A stretch of 64,000 bases of DNA from Nanobdellota archaeon (GCA_038045945.1 JBBSXC010000004.1:128001-192000), one strand, 5' to 3'. Counted from the stretch's first letter, positions 49,716-59,030 are shown. Program-made: numbers and translations. The notes: generated by a model from the sequence alone, not told the origin.

Positions 49716-50531
49716 TTATTTTTTCCCACCAAGAGGTATCTCAAAACCTATCGACAACATCGAACCATCTGACAGGTCAGCATAAGTAAAACTTTGAGAC
49801 TTTGACAGGTAAGCCAAGTAATTATTGCTGTTAACCTCATTACCAGTTATCTCAGATAATGAATTATTATCTAATCTTAAAAAAAACTTTACTGGAACAC
49901 CACCGATCATTCTCTTTTTAGTGCTTAACTCCCCACCAATATTGTTTATGCCATCAGGGCCACCACTAAGATGAAGGCTATACTTTAATTTTTTAAGACC
50001 ATCATAACCAACAACATCTCCAAGGTCCCCTTTACCATAATTTTTTACTTTGTGGGTTACACCATAATAAAAGTCAGCTATCCCTGAAAGCCCTGGAAGA
50101 ATACTATCAGCCATTAACCTTATAGCCACTTCTTTTGATTCGCTAGAACCCGGCTGCTCCCCCTCACCCAAGTGCTGTGTTGCCTCATCAGACACCCTTC
50201 TTGCCCTAGAAGCATCTATTTTACTTGGAAGGTTATTGTTGTAATCAGAAACAGACAAACTTGCTGAGCTTACAATAAAACAGTTAGCTAGCAAAGGATT
50301 ATCACCAGGATTATAATTTATCATCTCATAATTGTCTCCTTCCCCAGATTTTTCATCTTTACGCTCTTTAGGCTTGCTATTAAGACTATCTGAAAGCTCC
50401 CCCATCATCGCTTTTGTTTGCCTTTGTTCTGTCAACTCATAATAAACGTTTTTAACATCCCCTGTGGATATACAGCTTGCTCCAGACAAGGATAGTAACG
50501 TTAGCAGTGAAGGCATAATTTTTCTCTTCAT
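49716..50531 (-). CDS. Hypothetical exported/lipoprotein-like protein
   Basis: Basic-hydrophobic N-terminus ending in GASC (lipobox-like). Confidence 0.6.
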   Translation of the reverse strand: MKRKIMPSLLTLLSLSGASCISTGDVKNVYYELTEQRQTKAMMGELSDSLNSKPKERKDEKSGEGDNYEMINYNPGDNPLLANCFIVSSASLSVSDYNNNLPSKIDASRARRVSDEATQHLGEGEQPGSSESKEVAIRLMADSILPGLSGIADFYYGVTHKVKNYGKGDLGDVVGYDGLKKLKYSLHLSGGPDGINNIGGELSTKKRMIGGVPVKFFLRLDNNSLSEITGNEVNSNNYLAYLSKSQSFTYADLSDGSMLSIGFEIPLGGKK

Positions 50532-50630
50532 CCTTTCGGATTAATATTCCCTAGTATTAAAACCTTATTGACTGATGACTGGTAACAGATTAACCTTTTA
50601 TATAACTTGTAGCTTTTAACATTTACCTAA

Positions 50631-50702
50631 GGGCTTATAGTATAGTGGCTAGTACGCATCGTTCGCAACGATGAGACTCGAGTTCAATTCTCGATAAGTC
50701 CA
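50631..50702 (+). tRNA. tRNA-Ala(CGC)
   Basis: Acceptor GGGCTTA/TAAGTCC with G3:U70; arm CATCG-TT-CGC-AA-CGATG. Confidence 0.93.
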
Positions 50703-50709
50703 TAAATTT

Positions 50710-51015
50710 TTATCCAGTTGAAAGGCGAGGCGATGTATGATTCCTCTCGCTAGAATATTTTGTTGCCTCTTCTTCAAGATCACTCATAAGAACAACCCTG
50801 CCCTCAGTTATATTAATCAGTTCTATTAAGCATACATCGGACCCAGGATTTTCTATTTCCAACCTTTTAGACCCTAGAGGACACTTATTTTTTGATGCGT
50901 CTATATCGCTTCCAGCTACAAATTCCAAGTATTTTGGAACCCTCTCATCACCACTAATCAATAAATAATTAGCCCTGTAGAAATCCAAAACACGATGCAT
51001 CGGAATAGCCATCAC
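50710..51015 (-). CDS. Hypothetical protein
   Basis: Non-overlapping ORF with an upstream TATA-like element. Confidence 0.5.
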   Translation of the reverse strand: MMAIPMHRVLDFYRANYLLISGDERVPKYLEFVAGSDIDASKNKCPLGSKRLEIENPGSDVCLIELINITEGRVVLMSDLEEEATKYSSERNHTSPRLSTG

Positions 51016-51087
51016 TTAATGTAACAAACAATGCATATAAATTTTCCTAAAGAAAAGCTTTAAATGGTTATTAGAGGTAGTTTCATT

Positions 51088-52863
51088 ATGAGTAAAGAAG
51101 TTAAGAATGATAAGAAATATTTAGACGACTTAAGACATAGTTGTGCTCATTTATTAGCAGCAGCAGTTTTAGAATTATATCCTGATGCGAAAAGAACTAT
51201 TGGCCCACCAATTGAAGAGGGATTCTATTTCGATTTTGATTTTGGACAGACAACAATAAAGGAAGAAGACTTGCCAAAAATCGAGAAGAAAATGGGAGAA
51301 ATCCTTAAAGGTTGGAAGTCTTTCGAAAAAAAAGAAGTAACACCAGCAGAAGCAAAAAAAGAATACAAGAATAACGAGTACAAAATTGAACTAATAGATG
51401 AATTCTCAAAAGACTCTAAAAAATTAACATTTTACAAAAGTGGAAACTACACAGACCTTTGTAAAGGAGGACACGTAGATAATCCGTCAAAAGAAATTGT
51501 TGCTTTCAAACTCCTAAAAATCGCTGGGGCGTACTGGAGAGGTAATGAAAAAAATAAGATGCTAACAAGAATTTATGGTACTTGTTTTGGAAGCCAAAAA
51601 GAATTAGAAGAATACGTTAATAGGTTATCAGAAGCAGAAAAAAGAGACCATAGAAAAATAGGCAAAGAATTAGGACTCTTCACATTTTCGGAACATATCG
51701 GAAGCGGGCTACCACTGTACACACCAGACGGGGCATCGATCAGACTAGCAATCACTAACTATGTAGAGTCAATGCAAACAGCTAAAGACTACACACAGGT
51801 ATGGACTCCACAAATAGCTAAAGCCAAACTTTTTCAAATATCAGGACATTATGATAAGTACAAAGACTCAATGTTTAGAGTAGTAAGCAATTATTCTAAT
51901 GAAGAATTCTTCCTAAAACCAATGAACTGTCCGCAACATACACAAATATACGCATCAGAACCACACAGCTACAGAGACTTACCATTAAGATTCGCAGATT
52001 TCGCAATGCTTTACAGAGACGAAAAACCAGGAGAACTAAGCGGATTATCAAGAGTTAGAGCATTCTCACAAGATGACTGTCACATATTCTGCACAGAAGA
52101 ACAAGTTGACGAAGAAATAGACAAAGCATTAGAAATGACTAAAGAAATAATGAAGACGTTCGGACTAAAATACAAGTACAGATTATCAACAAGAGACCTT
52201 AGTCAGCCAGAGAAATATTTAGGAGAACCAAAAACTTGGGACAAAGTAGAAAAATGGGCTGAGAAAATAATGAAAAGAAACAAGATAGAATACTTCGACG
52301 GTCCGGGAGAGGCAGCATTCTACGCACCTAAAATGGACTTAATAGCTACAGATGCATTAGGAAGAGAATGGCAACTATCAACAATACAAATAGACTTTGT
52401 TATGCCAGAAAGATTCAAACTAGAATACGCAGCACAAGATGGAACTGTAAAAAGGCCAGTGATGCTCCACAGAGCAATAGTAGGTTCCCCAGAGAGGTTC
52501 ATGATGATACTAATAGAACACTTCGCAGGATCATTCCCAGTATGGCTTTCACCAACACAAATAATAGTTTTACCAATAAGCGAGAAGTTTAATAGTTCAG
52601 CAGAAAAAACTAAAGAGAAACTAAAAGCACTAATGCCAGGAATAAAAGTTAAGATTGATTCAGCTAACGAATCACTACAAAAGAAAATTAGAAATGCGCA
52701 ACTAAAAAAGATCCCTTACATGCTAGTTGTCGGAGAAAGAGAAGAAAAAGCAGGAACAGCTGCCGTACGTTTAAGAACAGGAGAACAATTAGGAGAACTA
52801 AAACTTGAAAAAATAGCAGAAAGAGTTAAAGAAAAAATATCTAGCAAGAGTCTTGAATTATAA
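51088..52863 (+). CDS. thrS: Threonyl-tRNA synthetase (bacterial-type editing domain)
   Basis: RHSCAHLLA, DLCKGGH, RDHRK.G, KPMNCP, R.E.PG...GL.RVR.F.QDD, HRA; start moved to ATG 51088. Confidence 0.95.
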   Translation: MSKEVKNDKKYLDDLRHSCAHLLAAAVLELYPDAKRTIGPPIEEGFYFDFDFGQTTIKEEDLPKIEKKMGEILKGWKSFEKKEVTPAEAKKEYKNNEYKIELIDEFSKDSKKLTFYKSGNYTDLCKGGHVDNPSKEIVAFKLLKIAGAYWRGNEKNKMLTRIYGTCFGSQKELEEYVNRLSEAEKRDHRKIGKELGLFTFSEHIGSGLPLYTPDGASIRLAITNYVESMQTAKDYTQVWTPQIAKAKLFQISGHYDKYKDSMFRVVSNYSNEEFFLKPMNCPQHTQIYASEPHSYRDLPLRFADFAMLYRDEKPGELSGLSRVRAFSQDDCHIFCTEEQVDEEIDKALEMTKEIMKTFGLKYKYRLSTRDLSQPEKYLGEPKTWDKVEKWAEKIMKRNKIEYFDGPGEAAFYAPKMDLIATDALGREWQLSTIQIDFVMPERFKLEYAAQDGTVKRPVMLHRAIVGSPERFMMILIEHFAGSFPVWLSPTQIIVLPISEKFNSSAEKTKEKLKALMPGIKVKIDSANESLQKKIRNAQLKKIPYMLVVGEREEKAGTAAVRLRTGEQLGELKLEKIAERVKEKISSKSLEL

Positions 52864-52897
52864 TAAAACTTAAAAGCATTGAAAGACCCATAACAAC

Positions 52898-53146
52898 ATG
52901 AAAAATTATGAAAGTAATTGTGGCAAAGTAACGAAAAAACCTGCGGTAAGAGATGTTCAACCAGGAAGCATGATTACGCCAGAACAGTTTTATTGTGCTC
53001 ATGCAACAGGAAATTATTTAGATGAAGGAAGTATAAGATGCAATATAGATGACTCTCGATGCCCCATTTATGACAAGTTAGCCGAAGTTATAAGATCCGA
53101 GAGAAGATTACCAAAATGGGCGGGTAATTTGGAAGAAGTAGCATAA
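52898..53146 (+). CDS. Small Cys-containing hypothetical protein
   Basis: Stand-alone ORF with upstream TATA-like CTTAAAA; 4 Cys. Confidence 0.5.
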   Translation: MKNYESNCGKVTKKPAVRDVQPGSMITPEQFYCAHATGNYLDEGSIRCNIDDSRCPIYDKLAEVIRSERRLPKWAGNLEEVA

Positions 53147-53152
53147 AAATAA

Positions 53153-54130
53153 TTATTCACTTTCTAACTCTATACCTCTCAAAAAGTAAAATCCGTAAAC
53201 AAACAACAAAGCTAGTGAGATGAAGGGGTGAAGAATCCAGGCAAGGTCAGGCTTTCTAAAAAATCCAGCAGTTGAGTCTTTTATGGGCAAAATGATTGTT
53301 ATTATGTATAATCCTAAGAGTAACATTTTTGATTTACTAACACCGTAAGTTGAGTATCTTCCTATTTCCATGTTGCTTCTTCTTTTAACACGTCTAAGCT
53401 TCTTACGGAAAAAAGTCTTAAGACTACCATCTTGTTTGTGAACAATTCCTTGTTTAACTTTAGCAATATGATCATAACCTAAGTTTACTAAGTCTCTAAG
53501 AAAGACTGTGTGGTTTAAAGGATTATTTTTTACTTTGTAGAACAATTCTTTGCGAAAGAAGAATCCGTTTGATCCGCCAGCAGGAACAAAACCCTTCTTG
53601 TAAACAACCTCATAATAATCCCCCTTATCAGCGATTGATTTTTTGTTTCCTACAATTTTACCGTTAAAGTAGCACATTCGGTCATTTGCGCCCAGATAAC
53701 TTGCTATCGGGTCGTCACCACCAATGAGGGCATTATAACGAGTGATTATGTCATCGCCTTTCCTAACCTCAAAATATAACGTATCAGAAAAAGAAATTTT
53801 TTTATCATTAAATGGAGTTACCATTTTTTTAAGCCAACCCTTATCACTTGGTAAAAAGTTATCTGCATCAATAAAACCGATTATTTCTCCTTTAGCGTAC
53901 TTAGTTATTGCTAAGGGTTTTGCTTTTTCTTCTATACGGCCAGGATTCTTTATTAGTTTAAATTGAGGGTACTTCTTGATAATTTTTATTGTTGAGTCTG
54001 TTGATCCACCATCAGCAATTATTACTTGAAAAAGTTTCTTGGGATAATCTTGGTTAGCTATTGATTTTAAACATTCGTTAAGTGTTGACTCATTATTATA
54101 CGTTGGTAGCACAATAGTTACAGACTTCAT
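53153..54130 (-). CDS. GT2 glycosyltransferase
   Basis: LPTYN, DGGSTD.T, IDAD. Confidence 0.88.
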   Translation of the reverse strand: MKSVTIVLPTYNNESTLNECLKSIANQDYPKKLFQVIIADGGSTDSTIKIIKKYPQFKLIKNPGRIEEKAKPLAITKYAKGEIIGFIDADNFLPSDKGWLKKMVTPFNDKKISFSDTLYFEVRKGDDIITRYNALIGGDDPIASYLGANDRMCYFNGKIVGNKKSIADKGDYYEVVYKKGFVPAGGSNGFFFRKELFYKVKNNPLNHTVFLRDLVNLGYDHIAKVKQGIVHKQDGSLKTFFRKKLRRVKRRSNMEIGRYSTYGVSKSKMLLLGLYIITIILPIKDSTAGFFRKPDLAWILHPFISLALLFVYGFYFLRGIELESE

Positions 54131-54186
54131 AAAATCGTAATGATCACAGAAGTTTATAAATTAATTCTTCTTCTTAAAGAAAATAA

Positions 54187-54831
54187 TTATTTCTTGTACA
54201 AACTTCTCTTAAACTTAGGATAAACAATAGACCAGGTAGTAAACAAGATAATAATTAATAATGAAGCACCAATTAATTGGTATTTGAAATCTAAAGAACC
54301 AATATAAGAAATTAGTAAGGCATGAGGGATAATACTAATCGCTGTGGCTAATGCATACTCACTAAAGGGAATCTTACTAAATAAACCAAAGGCGTAAGAA
54401 AGAATATCAAGAGGGAGTAAAATTCTTATTACCACAATACTCCAAAAACGATTCTTGTTAGAAATAAGAGATTCTAAACGTTTAACCTCCATAACCGGAG
54501 CAAAACGGGCGACAACGCGAGAACCAAACTTACGAGCAATAATAAAAGCTAATAAAGCCCCAGCAAACCAACCAATAAAAGTAAGAACAGAAGCTAAAGG
54601 CCAGCCCCATAGGTTAGAAGCAAGAGGAATAAGGGGAAAAGTGTTAATTGGAGCGAATAGTGAAGCAAGAAATTCTATAACAGCATAAGTAACCATGCTA
54701 GAAACATTATCGCCCAAATACCCTTCAAAAAAAGAAATATTTTTCTGAATAAAATAAGAAGAAACTAAAAAGATTATGATAACCAGAACCAAAGAATATA
54801 TCGTTTTAGCGTCACTCTTACTAATCTTCAT
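54187..54831 (-). CDS. DedA/VTT (TVP38/TMEM64) membrane protein
   Basis: G...AF.IARKFG, R....D..SY..G motifs. Confidence 0.85.
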   Translation of the reverse strand: MKISKSDAKTIYSLVLVIIIFLVSSYFIQKNISFFEGYLGDNVSSMVTYAVIEFLASLFAPINTFPLIPLASNLWGWPLASVLTFIGWFAGALLAFIIARKFGSRVVARFAPVMEVKRLESLISNKNRFWSIVVIRILLPLDILSYAFGLFSKIPFSEYALATAISIIPHALLISYIGSLDFKYQLIGASLLIIILFTTWSIVYPKFKRSLYKK

Positions 54832-54949
54832 AATATTATGATGAAAAATGAACTAAATATACTTAGCTGTATAAAAAAAGACTAACTGGAAGCAACATTA
54901 AAAACCATAAACGTTATATAGCGATAAGGGACTTGATAAAAAATGAACA

Positions 54950-55693
54950 ATGGTTGAAGAACTAATAAAAAACTTTGATAAATTGTTAACAGATAACCAA
55001 ACGATTGTCATGTCTGTTAGTTGCATAGTCGAGTATAGCGGTAGAGCCGAAAGCGAACTGGAAAAAGGAGATAGAATAATAATCATAAAGTCAGATAACG
55101 CACTCCTAGTTCATCAGCCTGCTGGCAACAACCCTGTTAACCATATGAGAAGTGGAGGAAAACACAAAATAGTAACATCAGACTTGGACGAAGGAGAAAA
55201 ATTCCGGATTATTAGCGAACACACAAAACACAAAGAACACCTAAAAATAAAAGTTTTTGACCTATACTTCTACAAATCACAAAAACTCACAGATAACGAA
55301 CAAATAATGACTAAAGGAACAGAGTTTGATATGAGTGAAATGCTATACACCAACCCTAAAATGATAAGTGATGATTTCAAACCATTAAGTCGAGAAGAAC
55401 ACACAAAGTACGGATTCATTGACGTATTCGGCTACGATAAAAACAACAAACTAATAATTGTTGAGTGTAAAAGAACAAAAGCAGACCTTCACGCAGTCAC
55501 TCAACTAAGACGTTACGTAGAAAAAATCAAAGAAAACAAAGGAGTAACAAACGTTGGAGGAATTGTCGCAAGCCCAGAAATAAGTGATAACGCTAAAAAA
55601 ATGCTTGAAGACTGGGGATTCACATGGAAACAAATAAGCCCACCAAGAAACAAAGAAGAAAGAGACAAGAAGCAACAAAAACTAGGGTTCTAG
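54950..55693 (+). CDS. nucS: Mismatch-specific endonuclease NucS/EndoMS
   Basis: Y.GRA.S.L..GDR..IIK.D...LVH, P.N, E.DM, G.ID, VECKR, QL.RY. Confidence 0.92.
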   Translation: MVEELIKNFDKLLTDNQTIVMSVSCIVEYSGRAESELEKGDRIIIIKSDNALLVHQPAGNNPVNHMRSGGKHKIVTSDLDEGEKFRIISEHTKHKEHLKIKVFDLYFYKSQKLTDNEQIMTKGTEFDMSEMLYTNPKMISDDFKPLSREEHTKYGFIDVFGYDKNNKLIIVECKRTKADLHAVTQLRRYVEKIKENKGVTNVGGIVASPEISDNAKKMLEDWGFTWKQISPPRNKEERDKKQQKLGF

Positions 55694-55707
55694 CTTGTAC
55701 AAACTCT

Positions 55708-56493
55708 CTATTTTATCATGTCACTAAAACTCTTGTGAACTAAGTTACCTTTTCCGTCATCAACATATTTTTCTTTCACTAAGTGATCACAAAGCACTTT
55801 AGGGTTGCAAAAAGGAACAAAACCAGCATTAAATGCTTGGTCAATAAAGAAACGGTCATCATCAGCGCCGCCATTACTACTAAACTTACCGTAACGAAGA
55901 TCTAAAAAAACATCACGAGAAATAAGCATACAACCAGCAGAAGGAAGATTAACCTCCAGAACAGCACCAGAATCAATCTCTTCAGGAGTAATATGTCTAC
56001 GCAAATCGCTACGAGAAAGAGAAGAATAAGAAGGAATTTTTTGCAATTCAGAAAATTCTTCAACAGTTAAGAGTTTCCAAGCAACAGGAAGCCACTTCTT
56101 TTGACCAGAAACAACAAAAAAATTGTAATACAAACCACTAACAATATCCTTATCACAAGCAAGAAGTTCTTGAATAACATTCTTAGGAGGGATGACATCG
56201 CTATCAAGCATCAAAACATGAGAATAATCCTTAGCAATAGCATACTCAAGAATCAAGTTACGACTACTAATAAGACGAAAAACAGACTTTTCTTCATCAC
56301 TATGATCATGAATAACAGTAATATCCCAAATTTTTCGGAGTTCATTAAAATAATCAAGATTACGAGAATTATCAACAATTAAGACATCATACCCAGGATA
56401 ATCAAGACTTTTAATCCTATCAAAAAATTCTTTTTCACAATATTTCATACCATCAAAAGTAGGAGCAGCAACCAAGACCTTAGGACGAATCAT
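55708..56493 (-). CDS. GT2-like glycosyltransferase
   Basis: VDNS, SRN, LDSDV, GCMLI.R, DD..F motifs. Confidence 0.75.
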   Translation of the reverse strand: MIRPKVLVAAPTFDGMKYCEKEFFDRIKSLDYPGYDVLIVDNSRNLDYFNELRKIWDITVIHDHSDEEKSVFRLISSRNLILEYAIAKDYSHVLMLDSDVIPPKNVIQELLACDKDIVSGLYYNFFVVSGQKKWLPVAWKLLTVEEFSELQKIPSYSSLSRSDLRRHITPEEIDSGAVLEVNLPSAGCMLISRDVFLDLRYGKFSSNGGADDDRFFIDQAFNAGFVPFCNPKVLCDHLVKEKYVDDGKGNLVHKSFSDMIK

Positions 56494-56548
56494 AAGAATA
56501 AGTAGCAAGAAGAAGTTTTTAAGAATATGGAATGTACAAACTCATCGA

Positions 56549-57067
56549 TTAGCCTTTAGAAGTAGGGGTGTCATCAACCTTTTCAGAAAAATTTTTTGTT
56601 ATAATTTCAGGTAGTCTATATCCAGCCTTTTCAAGATTATTTCTAACCTCTTTATAGAATTGTAAATTGTGAATCATGGCATGACAGTTAGGACAAAGAG
56701 GAGCAAAGTTTGAGGGATCATTATTCTTATGATTTAAATCTAAGTGATGAAGATGAACAACCTTAGTAAAACCACAAGAAGCACAGACTTTAGTTCTTTC
56801 GAGATACTCCCTATAATCCAAATTAAATTCTCTTTTAACCTTTCTAACCTTCTCGTATTCTAATCTAAAAATAGTATTATAACAGCCACCACAATACCCC
56901 TTTCCTTTCTGAGGCAAAGTTCTTTCACACCTCAAACACCTAATTTTAGGCTCATCCCACAATAATTTTTAGTAGCACCACTTACAAATATTTTTCTCAA
57001 GTCTTTTATTAAAACCTAGGTCATTCTTAGTTTTATTACAATTTTCACAAACACCCACTTTAGACAT
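56549..57067 (-). pseudogene. Zn-ribbon-repeat HNH endonuclease gene interrupted by an in-frame TAA
   Basis: ATG 57067 gives MSKVGVCENC...ICKWCY*KLLWDEPKIRCLRC..., with the stop at 56969-56971 in frame with the downstream HNH (CASCG, HHLD.NH.NN, LCPNCH). Confidence 0.7.
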
Positions 57068-57075
57068 AAAGTTGT

Positions 57076-57110
57076 TAGGTACCTAGAATATATAAATCTT
57101 TTGGTACCTA
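57076..57110. promoter_or_regulatory. Paired GGTACC-centred palindromes flanking a TATA-like box in the divergent HNH/AbrB promoter
   Basis: TAGGTACCTA (57076-85), ATATATAAA, TTGGTACCTA (57101-10). Confidence 0.55.
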
Positions 57111-57143
57111 AAGGTTTTAATATAGCGAACGCATTACTTAACT

Positions 57144-57320
57144 GTGAAACTACAAAAACAAAAGACAGGAGAAGGAGACAGAGGACCCTATTACAAGTAC
57201 GTATTAGTATTACCTCAAGTCAAGATCGAATCGGCAGGATTCAAAGAAGGAGAAGAATTAGAAGCAGAAGTAAAGGGTAACCAAATAATAATAAAAAAAT
57301 TAGAAAAGAAAACTAATTGA
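57144..57320 (+). CDS. AbrB/MazE/SpoVT-family DNA-binding protein
   Basis: Below the ORF-track cutoff. GTG start, 58 aa: MKLQKQK...YKYVLVLP...AGFKEGEELEAEVKGNQIIIKK. Confidence 0.78.
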   Translation: MKLQKQKTGEGDRGPYYKYVLVLPQVKIESAGFKEGEELEAEVKGNQIIIKKLEKKTN

Positions 57321-57373
57321 TTGTACAAACTCATTAAAAGGAAAGGTTTTTTAGCAAGAGACTAGTAAGATAG

Positions 57374-57718
57374 ATGATGGACAAAGTTAATGATTGGGGT
57401 TTTGACTTCTGGTTGCACTTGATAATAATAACCGCTTTTTGGGTTTCGCCATTATTCTTGAGTTGGTGGATAATACTTATAATGACAGGAGGATATTATC
57501 TTCAACTGTTGATTTTTGGAGATTGTATACTAAGCAAAAAACAGTTTAGGACCAAGAAGAGAAGCGTAACATTTTATTGGTATTACGGAAGGAAGTTATT
57601 TCCCGAGCTAGACATGATGAAAGTGAGGTTTTGTGCAGATTGGGTGTTCCCATACATAATTTTAGGGGTAGCAATAATTACACAGACTATTTTTGGGTAC
57701 AGACCACTAATTTTTTGA
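57374..57718 (+). CDS. Small membrane protein (DUF2784-like)
   Basis: LH in TM1, GDCILS motif, 3 hydrophobic segments. Confidence 0.55.
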   Translation: MMDKVNDWGFDFWLHLIIITAFWVSPLFLSWWIILIMTGGYYLQLLIFGDCILSKKQFRTKKRSVTFYWYYGRKLFPELDMMKVRFCADWVFPYIILGVAIITQTIFGYRPLIF

Positions 57719-57816
57719 CCTTAGTATATAATAAGACGTATGCAAGAAGTTTTAAGCGAAGATTGAAGGTTTTAGCACGACTAAAGGTTTAAAAGACAAG
57801 AAAGCTATTAAGAGAT

Positions 57817-57948
57817 ATGAAAGAGAGAAGTAAACTGATATTAGGATTTATAGGGCTATTCTCAATAACAGGGATAACTGCGTTCTTAACAAAGCAGGGT
57901 ATAGAAGCCCTAGTAATGATAAAAGACACCCTAAACCACGCATTGTAA
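57817..57948 (+). CDS. Small single-TM protein (43 aa)
   Basis: MKERSKLILGFIGLFSITGITAFLTKQ...; TTTAAAA about 25 nt upstream. Confidence 0.45.
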   Translation: MKERSKLILGFIGLFSITGITAFLTKQGIEALVMIKDTLNHAL

Positions 57949-58158
57949 GGCTAATTCTTAAAAGGCCAGGTAATTCTAACCAAAATAATGAAAATAGGCC
58001 CATAAAGAGGGCTTTTAGGCACCTAAAAAGGCTGCCCAATGTACCTTGTGCAAACTTATGAGGAGATTTTAGGCATATTTTAAGGATTTTTAGACAAATT
58101 TTTCTAATTTCCAATAAAAACTATGCTTGCAGGAAGTTTTAAGCAAAGATTAAAAGAT

Positions 58159-58476
58159 TTAGAAAGGAAATTTTAGTCGTTTTTCTTGAATAAAGTTAAG
58201 GGTTTGAGAAGCAGATGAATCAAAATATCCGCCTTGCAAAGAGCCAAGAAGATCTGACCCAACACCATAGTCAATTGTAAAAAATCTAAAGGCACCCTCA
58301 ACAGCAGGTTGAAATTTATCCCTTGGAGAACTAATGGAAGATAAATCGTCAATAGAAGATTGTACAAACCTGCGCAAAATCACCTGTTCAGACAGAGTAA
58401 GGTCAAGACCAAGATAACATAGAATCATCTTGCGAGATAAGATAAATTCATCCTGAACATCATAAGCTCCAACCAT
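58159..58476 (-). CDS. Hypothetical protein
   Basis: 105-aa ORF, ATG start, upstream TATTAATA. Confidence 0.5.
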   Translation of the reverse strand: MVGAYDVQDEFILSRKMILCYLGLDLTLSEQVILRRFVQSSIDDLSSISSPRDKFQPAVEGAFRFFTIDYGVGSDLLGSLQGGYFDSSASQTLNFIQEKRLKFPF

Positions 58477-58635
58477 GAAAAGTAAACTAAAGCAAGCCTA
58501 TTAATAGTTTACTAATCCTAAAACTCCCAGTTACGAGACCTAAAACACACTTTTCCTCACGCAAAAAGATTCAATCTAAAACTAAAACTTCTTGCGAAAG
58601 CTAATAAAGAAAAATTAAAGAAAAAATGTCCCAAA

Positions 58636-58773
58636 TTAAGGAACGAAGCTAAGAATTCCAGCAATGATTAGGTAAACTCCAACAGCCCACCTTAAAAGAC
58701 CAGGCACAGCTAGGACTAAAATACCCACCAATATAGCTAAAATTCCTGAAATTGTTAAACCAATAGATGCCAT
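58636..58773 (-). CDS. DUF3096-like small membrane protein (copy 2)
   Basis: MASIGLTISGILAILVGILVLAVPGLLRWAVGVYLIIAGILSFVP; GGAGGT SD upstream. Confidence 0.75.
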   Translation of the reverse strand: MASIGLTISGILAILVGILVLAVPGLLRWAVGVYLIIAGILSFVP

Positions 58774-58889
58774 TTTTTTTGACCTCCAAGAAACAAAAAG
58801 CCAAGAACCAATAAAAAACTAAGTAGTATATTTCTCGACTAAAAACCCTAAAATCGTAAAAATAAAAATAAAAGAATGTTAGAGGGTAA

Positions 58890-59030
58890 CTAGTTCCCCA
58901 AGAAACTAATAAGCCCTATAGCAATCAAGTAAAGGCCAAGAGCCCACCTGAGAAGCTTAGGAACAAAGATAACCAGAAGACCAGCAACGATAGCCAGAAT
59001 TCCAGAGATTGCAAGACTAATAGCAACCAT
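58890..59030 (-). CDS. DUF3096-like small membrane protein (copy 1)
   Basis: MVAISLAISGILAIVAGLLVIFVPKLLRWALGLYLIAIGLISFLGN; clear paralogue of 58636-58773. Confidence 0.75.
   Translation of the reverse strand: MVAISLAISGILAIVAGLLVIFVPKLLRWALGLYLIAIGLISFLGN

Larger units (their letters stand above)
49677..58370 (+). repeat. Dispersed co-oriented motif (T)TGTACAAACTC, 7 copies including variants
   Basis: 49677, 55695, 57321 exact TTGTACAAACTC; 56532 ATGTACAAACTC; 54194 TTGTACAAACTT; 58046 TTGTGCAAACTT; 58360 TTGTACAAACC. Confidence 0.75.

Noticed and set aside
48829-50630. dif site near xerA
   Set aside because: No convincing 11-6-11 dif-like inverted repeat was found by eye.
48829-50702. 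xerA next to tRNA-Ala as an integrated element
   Set aside because: The only att-like match is 10 bp (TCGATAAGTC) within conserved xerA codons. The protein looks like chromosomal XerA, and no mobile-element genes are present.
56969-56971. Stop-codon reassignment explaining the in-frame TAA
   Set aside because: TAA terminates many conserved genes in this window, so a nonsense mutation or sequencing error is more likely.
49677-58370. Classical integron with attC sites
   Set aside because: No GTTRRRY/RYYYAAC-bounded long imperfect hairpins were seen, and the recombinase shows no obvious IntI-specific insertion.
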